Source: Phoronis australis (lineage: Eukaryota > Animalia > Phoronida). Taken from it: DNA of 64,000 nucleotides. Both the position numbers and the translations under genes were made by a program. Where the stretch lies: the NCBI GenBank assembly GCA_002633005.1, contig NMRA01000380.1:140873-204872 (forward strand), written 5' to 3'. Below the pieces are notes generated by a model, which was not told the DNA's origin, did not search any database, and saw nothing but the letters and a program-made list of their open reading frames with translations. Shown here piece by piece: positions 12,501 to 24,500 of this stretch; the first letter of the stretch is position 1, and each line of letters opens with the position of its first letter.

Positions 12501-15500
12501 GGTCGTATTCACAAAACCGAATACCAGTTGGACTTCAGTAGAGCGAGGTCTTTGTTGCATTGTGAATGGTAACCCTTACCTGTTGGCAGTGTTCTGTTCA
12601 TCAAACGTCTCATCAATTCACAGCTTTCCAGACATGTTTGGTTTCTTTGCTAGAAAATAAAAAGTCCGAGCTTGAATGAACATTGTAGTGGCAGCAATTG
12701 CGTCAACAGTTTCCATCTTAAATCATGATATGATCAACTGCTGCGTCATAATAAATTATATCTTTTTTCCAAGAAAATGACTTAAAATCGCAGTAGTGTC
12801 TCACAGCACTATTCGAGTGAACATTTCAAAACGTTTTAGCTGGAACGTGTTAGCAAGGAGTGTACGAGTATAGGAGAGTTCACTCCGCCATTTTACCATT
12901 CGCCGCAATGGTTACCGGTCGAAACACTAGCGCCCCAAGCGGTGAATAATCAATACTTACTTAGGAGCGCAGTCCGAACAATGTAAACACTGATGAATTC
13001 ATACTTTAATGACGTTCAACGTGCAATAAAATTACTGTATGATTGCAAATGGTTAGAATACGTAAACTAACATCCACTTATAATCGAATGAGAATGAAAN
13101 NGACCCCGGGCCTCTGACATAGAAAGTAGTTACAAAGCCGTGGAGAGTCAGAAAAGGTAAATCGATTCATTGCAATGTTTCTCGTTTAGTATGTGGTATA
13201 AATAGATTATTACATGTTCTCAGCCGTTATCCCCCTTATCTAGAGCCCTCGTGTATTTTGGAGAATTATCACCCTTGGGGCTAACGCCCCTCGGGCGATA
13301 ATTCTCCAAAATCCACTCGGGCTCTAGATAACGGGGGATAACGACTTCTCCATGTAATAATCTATATATATCTTTTTCCAAGAAAATGACTTAAAATCGC
13401 AGTAGTGTCTCAAAGCACTATTCGAGTGAACATTTCAAAACGTTTTAGCTGGAACGTGTTAGGTCACGCGAAAGCAAACTGAAAACATTTTAGGCTTAGA
13501 GATAATGCCAAAATGAAAAGTGATTTTCTAGGTTCACTGGCCTCAGCTTGGAGTCTAACCTGCAATCACAGCGGTTGCAGCCTACCAGTATATCTGTGCT
13601 GGTGAAGCTTAACCCCATTCGATAAATGACGGTGTATCCCACGCATATATTTAATTGGTAAAGACAGTGGCGATTGTTTCAGGGAATGTATGGCAGACAT
13701 TGGCGAACTTTACTGTTTTATCTTTGGTCGAACTTGAAATTTATCTCATCGAGCAGTATTCCAAAAATGCGTTTCGCGGAAACATGTTTTAAAAGGTTTT
13801 GAAATTTAAAAGGCGTATAGTGAAAGGTTTGAAATTGTCTGTCGTTTGAAAGCAAAGCGTTTTAGCTTGAACGTTTTAACACATGACACAAAGAGAAATA
13901 CTTGTGGCGCCTTGAAGCCCATGGGCCTACATCCGAAATAATACCCTTTTGCGGTCTTTTTTTAGAAAAGTGATTCACATATTTACGCATGCGCCTACAG
14001 AAGCTTTGCATATAGCCAGGGTACTGTCCTCTGCAGAGGCCGTTTTGACAACCGTTGTGCCTCCCAACGGCAATTTGTTTACGCTTGGCTCCGTAACTTT
14101 GGAGTCCCTTGGGGGTAATTTCAGGAAATTTCATTGGTAAATAGTTTCGTATTAGCTTATTGCCTAGCCATTATGCCTCTATCTGAAATGATGGCTTTTT
14201 GGAACCTTTTTTATTCAAGTGGTTCGCATGTTGACGTATGCGGCTAAGCTCCGCGTACAAGCGCAGTTCTGCACAGACGCCCATATGCCTAATGGTTCAC
14301 CAATACGGTAATACTGCGCCGACCGTCATTGGCGCATAAAAAGTTTCATTGACCAAATGTGATTTCTTAAAGTTAAAGCCGGGCCTTTAATTTTTCAGAT
14401 TTGGCACACCCGTCGAATCCATATGAAACATTCAGATACTATGCTTAATGCAGTTTTCTTCAAAACGATCTTAGGTTATTGATATCCTTGTTTTACTATC
14501 AATGATCCCTTCTATTTTGCTATTTTTTCTATCAAGACATGATCGCCCGACTCGAATAATATTCATAAAGAGACAAAATTTAAATCAAACAGAGCTAAAA
14601 TATTAAGTTTTTAGGCATTTGGTTATAATGCAGACTTGGCAGTAAGTTACCAGTGATGGATTTAGGGGGGTCAAGGGGGCCATGGCCCCCCCTAAAATTC
14701 TCCCAGATTTCATTTGGCAGTTCGGGGGTGCGAACGTCTGACGGGCAAAATCCTGGCTAATACTCTGCCCTGTCACCCCAACTCAAAATCCTGCATCAGC
14801 CCCTGGGCCCTGCACTGACCTTAAAAGAAACTTATAGAACGTTTGTATGCATTATCTGCCAAAATTTTAAAATGAGAAATACGTTTTATCCCACACGCGT
14901 TGAATCAGTCGAGGGAAAAACGGCCATGTAATAATGTTTTCCGTATTCACCTCCAGCACTACTTCAACAGCGACCTCTGACATGGAATGTTCAAAAAATA
15001 GGTCAATGTCGACTCGACGTCGATAGCTGGTTCGATTATCAAACTTTTAGAAAATATTAGTATTGAGTAACACTTAACATGAAATCAGGCCTCGGTCGTA
15101 ACATTCAGAGCAGGACTGTGAATTACTGGGTTTAAGACAGTTCTGTCCCAACTTTCAATTTCCAATATTTTGTCGTCTGCAACTCAGGCGCCGATTCCTC
15201 GGTACTACAATATCACATACTGATAATTAACTATTCTCCGGAGATGTTACAAGTTCAATGCACAGTTTACGTTACTTTATTCTTTGTTATCTCTTTTTCA
15301 AGTAATAAACCGTTACATTTAAAACCGTTTCTTTTACTAGAGAAAACTTGCAAGTACATAGATATAGGCTGTGATCCGCCACGTGAACAGTCTGAGTGAA
15401 GTATTTGAAAAATCTGGCGAAGAAATGTAAGAAACTTAATAATTTGATGCGTATGGGATCAATACAAAACGTACCTCGATTGGCATACATGAAGTAATTT

Positions 15501-18500
15501 CCCACGAGGCATTATTGCATGTATCGACCTGGGTCTGGTGGGTTATTGCATCCTCAACGCCGCTCTCGGTACGTTTTGTCTATATACCAACTTACACAGT
15601 TGCAATCCTTCTGTGAGGACACGCAGCCTTTGGTGCAATCTTTACACATGCCGTTGCAGCTGTAGGGCTTGTAAAACTCGTCGAGATAGGAATGGATATC
15701 TTCCTTCTGCCCATACTAGAAACAAGAGAATGTTTTAAGATAGTAAAGTTTCAACTCACGTTCTGGAATTCAGGTAGCCATGTACATCTTGTGTTATAAA
15801 ATAAAAAAAGTATTTTTGTCAGGCTTCTTTACCTTGTTGTTCTGCCATCAAGTTTGTTTTTTTTTGTTCCAACTCGCACGAAAGTTGCACACGAAGTGTA
15901 GATCTGGAAGTCCTAGAAGCCTGTGTTTTTTTGGCATGTTCGGATTCAAAATGGCGGACGTGGCGGCCATTTTGTTCACGTATAGAGCTGAAACTTGGTA
16001 CGATTATTACAGGACACAAGTACTACAACTACGCGGTAAATTGTTAACTTCTGGTCAAGGATGGCGGTAACATTGGCCATGGCGCATGCGCACCTCGATA
16101 TCTGGCCGAAAACGTGTTCTCTTGTAGAGGTCGCATTGGTGAACCAATTATTTTCAATCTGGTCACCTGTCTCTTTCGTTTGATTGGCTATTATAAAAGT
16201 TTGTTTAACCGGACGTCACTTTCAAGATGGCGGATCTGGCGCATGTGGACCCATTTTCAGTCGTGATGGAGTGCCATTTTAAACGGGAAGAGAGAATAAA
16301 GTGAATTTTTGCATGTGGATTCTTTGAAGTATACCCTTTCAAATGATCTTCTTTTAATTTTTTTTTTCTCAGACTAACCATTTTTGAGTTATTTGACTTT
16401 GAATTTTTACAAAAAACGCAAAATTTCATTTTTTCGAAAAATTGACGGATTTATGTGATATCATTTATTAGATAGAACTTTGAACGGGCTTTCAGAAGAT
16501 GTTTTCCATTTTTCGCTAGGACGTCTACTTTTTGAGTTATTTGAGTTTATCTGATAGAGCTGGTCCTTTGTTGAGCGCTCTTGCTGCATTGATGTCGGTT
16601 TAGCTTCTATTGAACAAGACAGCAGCCTGTTTCTTAGTTATTTCTTCGCTAGTGACATAAATGTTATCGTGTTGTTCATAATCTCCGCCTTCATCGTCGT
16701 CATCGTCGTCCTCCTCCTCCTCACCAGTGTCGTCTTTTCGTTTGAATTTCGCCAAGTGTCGCTCCTCCGAGCGCTCTCGTTTAAAGTTTTGGTTGTTCAA
16801 AAGGTGGTTATTTGAAGAGCTATAAAATTTGTTTTAAACAGAGAAAAACAGCAGTAGGGTTTCATTGTAAGTACCTTGGTATATAATTTACTGTTTCGAA
16901 TGTGTGGAGAAAGACGCAAGAATGTATAACGATATATGAAATCTCTTTCACAAAAATTGTCCATTTTTAAAATATTTCACATATGTCTAGAACAAATGGT
17001 GGGGAACTTTAAATACGAAATACATACCGTGTAGCGAGATAAAATATTTAGCAGAGCCACTTTCAAACCGCTCAATAAATATGTTCACTACTATGTTCCA
17101 TGTCAAAGGTTCCAGGACTGTCACTCAAATCGAATCTTCCGCAAGGCACAGAGCAGCTCCGTATGTACCCTCAGTCCTTACATTCACCGAGTCGCCCTAA
17201 TATTTAGTCAACGAGGTGTTCATATGATGGATAGAAACGGCGAAAACAAAGACAAGACCTAGTTTTGATGTTGATGGGAGTTGTTGGTCTGCATAGTGAA
17301 TAGGACTGCCTCTCCCCTCTTTGACCTTGTGTTTAGGAGCACAGCAAGTCGTGAAAAGAGAAAATGCTCACCCAAATTCCTTTTTTGATAGGTAATTTGA
17401 CATTTTGCTGTTTTGATCTCATGCTCACGACGTGATTTATTCACCTACTCGATTTTTGCTGCCCGTTTCGTACATGTACATGGTTTCGTATCAGTCTCCC
17501 GGCGTGTGGTGTGTATAAGAATGAATAAATGATCTATTTAACTAGGTTAACAGTTGATCCCACCTGTCGGGCTGGCGACGGTAACAAAATTAAAGTTTTA
17601 GGTTAATTACACAATGCAAATTCAGTTGACATTGCGAGTGAATGTTGAAATAGCGAACATGGTTGAGGCATGTATAGGTTATATTGACCGAAAACAAGTT
17701 TTCTTCGAATAATTAACCGAAGACCTTGAGATTTTCAAGTGTTCCAACTTAATTGGATTTTTCTCGGCTTCGGCAAATCGACTTAATTTGAAATTCGGAG
17801 CTAGGATTTCGCTGAAATTTCCCGAACTTAGAATTTATTCATCAATCTCAAAACGCTGTTAGGACTTTTGTTATTATGGCCTAGTTTTTGCGTTATGTAA
17901 TGAAGACAAATACGACTGTCAATTTTTACCAAAAAATATTAATGTCATATAATTATAAAATATATTGTTATAGTCCCTGATCTCTTTTCTTTCAGAAAAT
18001 GTTGCTTTTATTAGTTGAAAGAGCCGTTTGATATTTTTTCAGTTTTGTTTTCGATGCACGCGTTGGAATGGTGGCCACTAAATAACTAAGACCTAGCATC
18101 AAAAGCCTTGTTTATAATAAAACATGTTCCAGTGTAAAGATGTACCGGTTATCACTTTGCTGCGCATCTTTCAAACTAATATTGCATTACATTTCAGAAA
18201 TGTGGGGCTTTCATCCCGCAGCGGTTGTGGAAATTGTACACAACAAGGTCTATTAGTTCTTATTGGGCCCTGACAAAATGCCCATAATTTAGTGGCCATG
18301 CAGGTTCGAAGTGGAAAGGCACATAATGTTAGCAATGGGATTTAAGATAATTATTAAAAACTGTTTGAAATTGCTTAATGCTGGTGAGAACAGGCTAATA
18401 TAAACATATTCTATCAATAGAATTGACCTATCGCAAGCTCCCCCTTGCGTAATGTCGACTAAGGAACAATAAGTTTTACCTGGCAACGTGTTGTTTGTCG

Positions 18501-21500
18501 GGTAAAATGGCGGCTTGGAAATGAAGGTGTGTCAAGAATGCTGCGTTGTGGTTGGTCAATTAAGCCGTCTCTCAAAATCCTGAACAACGTAACAGCTGAC
18601 AGGCGTTACATGTGATGTAGTTAGTTTCAGTTGAAATTTGGATTTGGTGTTGTTTAGAACTCAGTTGCCTGAGGATGAGAGGATATTTTTGAGGGAGTTT
18701 AAATGGCATTTCGATATTGGAGGGTACCGATGACACGAGGAATTATTGAGAGTTAGTAAATTAGATACTTACAAAATATGCAAAATCAATTACTTATGGA
18801 GACGTTAGTCGCAAGTGTAAAAATTAGAAAATATCTCAAGGCGTTAGCAATTTTTAGATGTTACAATTAATTTACAAAGTTTGCTAAAAATGGATAAAAC
18901 ATTGCAAAACAATTTGCTGTGCCGCTTCGAGTGGTTAGAAAATTCGTATCTCACCTTAAGGTCACAGTCACCTGTGACAGTGAAGGGTGTTATGAGTAAA
19001 ACATTGAAGGGGAATGAGAAGAAACCAACAGTTGATTTATATCACTGACAGGTATAGAGTTGATCTCAGTTTGTTCCTTGTACAAACGAGAAGTGATTTT
19101 TCGTTATTCTCAGCGATCATTCTCGGAGAATAATTTGACACGCCGTGATAGTTCAACTTGTAGACCCCAATCTTAAACAGGCAAGAAACCCAAAATTTCG
19201 CCAAAATATCAAAATATCTTTTGAACAATTCATGACGAAAGTACTATCTGGCGACGTCAACTAGAGAGTTAATTACTGTTCCCTGCAAGGGAATTTCTAG
19301 AAAAAAATCGCAAAATTGTCGATTTTTGAAATATGCGTAAAGGAAAAACTCTGTAGTCACCACAGAATTTCTAATCTCCGCTTCACTTAAAAAAACGCGC
19401 ATGCGCTCACAGCCAGTGTAAGGGAAAGGTGCTACGTCTATGTCTTGTCACACCAAATAAGGAGACGTGCTTTGCCTGGTGGGAGAATAATCAACGAAAT
19501 GACAAGATGACAGATCGTTTTTTGAAATTTGAAACTAAAAGAAAAATGCTTAGACATCAAAATAAATTCAAAATCTGTACAAACAGACTGTGAAAATACC
19601 TGGTGAGCAGGTTAAATTTTGTTTCAGTTTCAGAGAACCTAGCCCTCTGAATACTACAATTTAGTCTGTTCTTCACGTTCCAGACCTCTTTAAGCAACAA
19701 TGAACTGCCACATTTACAAACCCGGAAATCACACCTACTTTGACAAAACAGCAATTTGAAAACAATTATAAACGGTAAGTTGACTAAGTCGAAAATTGTT
19801 TCCTTAACTTTTAAAGTCGTTTTAAGGCGCAAAAACCTTTGTCATTATACTTAATTTTTGTACACTAATTACACGTGTGCATGTTTATTTGTTGCAGAAA
19901 GTGTCAAGAATCGAACAAGCGCAGATGGGTTTGTGGCAAGGTGCTATAGATTTCTCAGCAAATTAAAACTTATTAGCACTTTCCTGAGGAGAAGACAGTG
20001 ACTAATCAGCGCCCGAAAAAGTATATCAAGGAGTGTTTAACACCTTCAGCTATAGGCGTAATTTATGGAGGTGTCGGGGGGCTGTTGTTGTTGATTTACG
20101 TAGACAAAGAAAAACCAGTTGGGCAAGGAAACAACGGTTGGTCAAGGAGCGCATTTTAGCTAAGAGACTGAGGATTTGAAAGAGGTTAAAAATAGTTCCA
20201 TGCGGACTTTTGCTCACTTTGATAAATTTGCTCTAATCATCATTGAGGTTTTTGACATTTTTACTTCCCAGGAGATTGTTTTTACGTGATGTGCATAAAA
20301 CTTAAAGGGGTATAAAAAAAACGAACAATACATACATTTGCCACCATTGCCGTCGGATCGTTTTAGTGTCACACTTCCGTCGAGCAAAAAAGCCCCAAGT
20401 CATTGATAAGAATTTATTTTTTTTATTTTAGGCCACCTCAATTGATTTAATCGTAAATGCATTAAGCCACTGGACGAACATGTACTGCATATTTTGCTAA
20501 TGAAAAGAGAGGTTTACATTCGATTTTATCTGTGCTATAATACTAATGCTCGCGGTCATGAACTGGAATTCTCACCACAAACAACAGACATAAGACATTA
20601 TAGCCATGGACACTGGTATTGTAAAACAAATCAAGCATATATTTCTTCGCACACTCAAGTGCCGATTCTGCAGATAGGTGGAGAAAACTGATTCTCAAAA
20701 TGCGGGCACGTTATATCGGATCATTACCGCCTTCCTGTTTAAATACTCGGAGGAAAGTTTTCAGAGAAAAGAAAAAAGCGGATACAAATAAGTTTTAACT
20801 AAAGTTTGGATTTCTTGAAACGTATACATGTATTACATATAGCTGATTCAACGACTGAAGTCCTGAATATGCAAACAGAGGCTGCCTCTCAGTGTTCAAA
20901 GATGACTACTGAAAGACTTTGACTACTCGCATGTTTGGCAGCATTATTGAAAAGCTAGATTCTTGACGTTATTATTAGCTTTGTGCGTTTGTGATTTGAT
21001 GGGAAATCGACGATTCCCGACGTTGACTTCCAGTCATTTGGTAGAATTAACTGAAACCGGGACCGCTGACATTATCAGTTAAATGTCTTTGAGTACATGT
21101 GGCTATTTGCCAAATTGATTTTAGCTCTTCTGCTCCAGTTGAGGTCTTGGGTTCGAATTCGTTTGAGGGCTGATCTTGTATGTGCAATATTGTCGCTGAT
21201 GTCACCTAAAGTCGAGTACTCTCATAGTAAGAATATCAGTGGAGTAAATTTAATTCGTTTATCGACTGTCAGTAAATTAAATGACAGAATACTTTTAAGG
21301 CAAAGACGATCATTTTGCAAATTACACCGTGTCTGCGGCCTAAGAAGCGTGACAACGCCTTTTTCTCAAAGACCACACAATTAGAGAAACGATCACGTGT
21401 TCGGTTGTGATGGGCATGCACTGAGACTTCATTAACTTCGATATGACTGCCTGAAACCTCACAGTAATGTCACTTTGAGAACCCGGCATCGCGTTTATAT

Positions 21501-24500
21501 TTTATGTGTTACAGTATTCATGAGACATGGTCAATATTTCCTATAAAACTCAGATTCACGAATTCCAAAGATCTTTGAAGTGCGCATACAACGCGAAAAA
21601 CAGACTAAATTTCGTTATTCAAGGTTGTCAAAGCATTTTTCCTTTAATTTCAAATTTCAAAAAAACAATCTGTCAACTGGTCACTTCGTCGATTTTTCTG
21701 GATTGTTCTGAAACCCCTCGACCCCCACACCCCTCGACTCGACCCACGACCCCCTCGACCCACTCGACCCACAATCCCCTCGACCCAAAGCCGGGTTTGG
21801 CTCCGTCAGGTTATCACCTCACCTTCAGCTTCGCTGGATCTGTGTATAATCGGGCCCGGAACAACGCACCTTTTCTCAGAGAAACGGCAGACGGACTTTC
21901 GAATCACCGAAAACAGGCCGATGCTCCTGTTGTCCCATAGCAGAACAGGAATCAATGAGATAAATATAAAAGAGTTGAAGTCACGTGGTTTACTATGAGC
22001 GGAGTGGTCCGTCATCTTGTTGATGAAACATGTGAGTCGAGCTGCCTTGAACTGTGTAGAATTGAAATGCAAAAGTAGCTGGACGAAAGAACATCACGTT
22101 TTAGACGTTTCAGAGGTAACTATTCCACGGAGCTTTTCATTGTTGGTGCTTGATACGTGTCACTGTGATTGAATATTGACAAATTTGATTATTTATACGA
22201 CGGATGATCCCGAATTGTGCAGTGTCTGGTTCACTCTGGTTGTGCAGTGTGAGGCTGTGTAAAGCAGTTCAGTATGCCCAGTGGTAAACGTTTAGCTCCC
22301 AGCTGTCCTTCGAATTTTATTCATATTTCCCAAGCCAGTGTGTCCCGTTTATGCTTATGTCATGGCCAGTGTTGCGGATCCCTCCTACCCTTGCATTTTT
22401 AACCATATGCCTCACACTAATTAAACCATCGAAGTCACGTTGCTACAAGTACTTTTGTATGCATAGAGGGACACATTCCTTTCAACTGGAGGAAATACTC
22501 CTGTAATCAAACATTGTTTTTGATCAGTCCTTCATTCATTTGCCCAAATCGGCAACTGAACATTTTTACATTGCTCGGGCCAAGAGATATGATGACCACA
22601 GTATCTAATGTAAGTGAGAGTGTGACACTGTCTATTGCGGTTAATGAGACATCATTCGGAATAACAAAATAAAAAGTCACGTGATCATGTCTTTCTAATG
22701 AAATTTAGCATCAAATGACCAAATTTTGTTTAAAATCAATGTTCAACGTGAAATCACAAAAACTAGTTTAGAGTTTCGTAAATTGCCATCTTGTTTCCGT
22801 TTTATGCAAGCTTTCATTTTTTCATGAAAATTATAGAAGTCCTGTTTATAAGCATTTTAAAAGCCATTCTGAACAGCGTTTTAGATAACAGTACGGCAGC
22901 TGGTAATAAATCATTAACATACATTACCACATTCAGTGAACCAGTATTTCCAGGAATTAAGTTACTAAACATAAGTTGCATTATTCCATTCAAATTCATA
23001 AGATCACATTTATCACGAAAAAAGTTTGGTCACTGTAGGTTTCATGTCGTGTTTGCAATAATGTCAAAAACTTGGCTATTCTAAACATAGTTCCTAAAAC
23101 ATTGTTTTTTATCGCAATCCAAGCATTCCATCCCACAATGCCAAGTAAAAATTTTACTAAGTCGATGATGACATGCTTGTCCTCTGCTGTATTTTGTGTT
23201 GTATAAGTTGCCGAATCCTTGTATTTTACGGTCTTTGGTCTGTCTTGAATTAATCGCAATTGAAACTATGCAAGATTCTGGCGAGTTTTCACTTAGTATT
23301 GATTTTTCCACAAACACGTTGAGGTCGTTGGCATTCAATAACAAGTGTTTCAGACTTTTCTTCGGGCACTGATAAATTATTGTGCGGTTATTGTTAGAAA
23401 ATGATGAGGATGATGAGACACGCGGCTTGAAAATTTTGGTTTCGATGTAAAATATGGAGATTCTGTTGAATGTTACTCTTAAGTTTTATTTGAGATATTC
23501 AAGTTTGCAATTAATCCAGGATAATGTAAATTGTTAAGTCGTAGCAAGATTTCGTTAATTTTTCTTTGCTTTGTTATAAATTCATTTTTGATGTCAAAAA
23601 CATAGCCTTGTATATTGAGTAAACTTAGGAATTTCAAATAATTCTGTCGGAAATGTTTTACATTTTACGTCTTTCGATCACCTTCACGTTTGAAAACCAA
23701 TCATTATAATTGGATTAAAACTAACTTGGACAGTGGCAGACTATTTCACATTGAATGAGATTAAACAACCAAATGAGAAATCCGTGCGTAAACATTGCTA
23801 ATTTCTCAAATCAGATTACAAAAAAAACGTGTTTTGCATATAATTTTGCTCGAAATTATGTATATTTTTATTGTTCAAGTTCCTCTGGCCTGTAATAGAA
23901 TGGACCGGATTTGAGTACCGAGACCTGTTTTAGCAGTAGCTTAAAACAAATTTTACAGGAACCCCGATTTTGAGAACAAGTTTGATGCTCATTCTTCAGG
24001 GAAGGAAACTGGTTCTCAAAATACGGGACCTTTGTAAGTGACCTTAATCAAATTTTTACAGAGATGCTGACACACATTAAATACATTGACCATCTGATAA
24101 ACTTACGTTCCATACTTCAGTCACAAAATACAGAGTTCTGGTTATCTTATCCGTCATTAAAATTATATTTCATTTAAATATCAAGGACACAAAGCGATAT
24201 ATACATTTACGTAAGAAATAAAAGCTCATTTGTCTATTACTTGCACGCCTATTGATGTCCATTACTCAAAGCAGCTGTATTATTATTCGTTTGAACTCCA
24301 AGAGCGCAGTTCGAACTGTTTAAACCGCCATGATGGTATCGGTGCTGAAGTTGTTCAGATGTGATATTGAGCCATTACGTAGGACCCCAGAAAAATGTCC
24401 AAATTTGGCTAATTTCGGAAAGTCATAACTCAAACGCGGTTGGATTCATATGAATCTTTACCACACCATGCTGTGTGCGCTGTTCTCCATTACGCTCTTA

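Noticed and set aside
22791-23640. Endogenous viral or Polinton gene
   Set aside because: The residual motifs fit a LINE endonuclease/linker better; no viral hallmark seen
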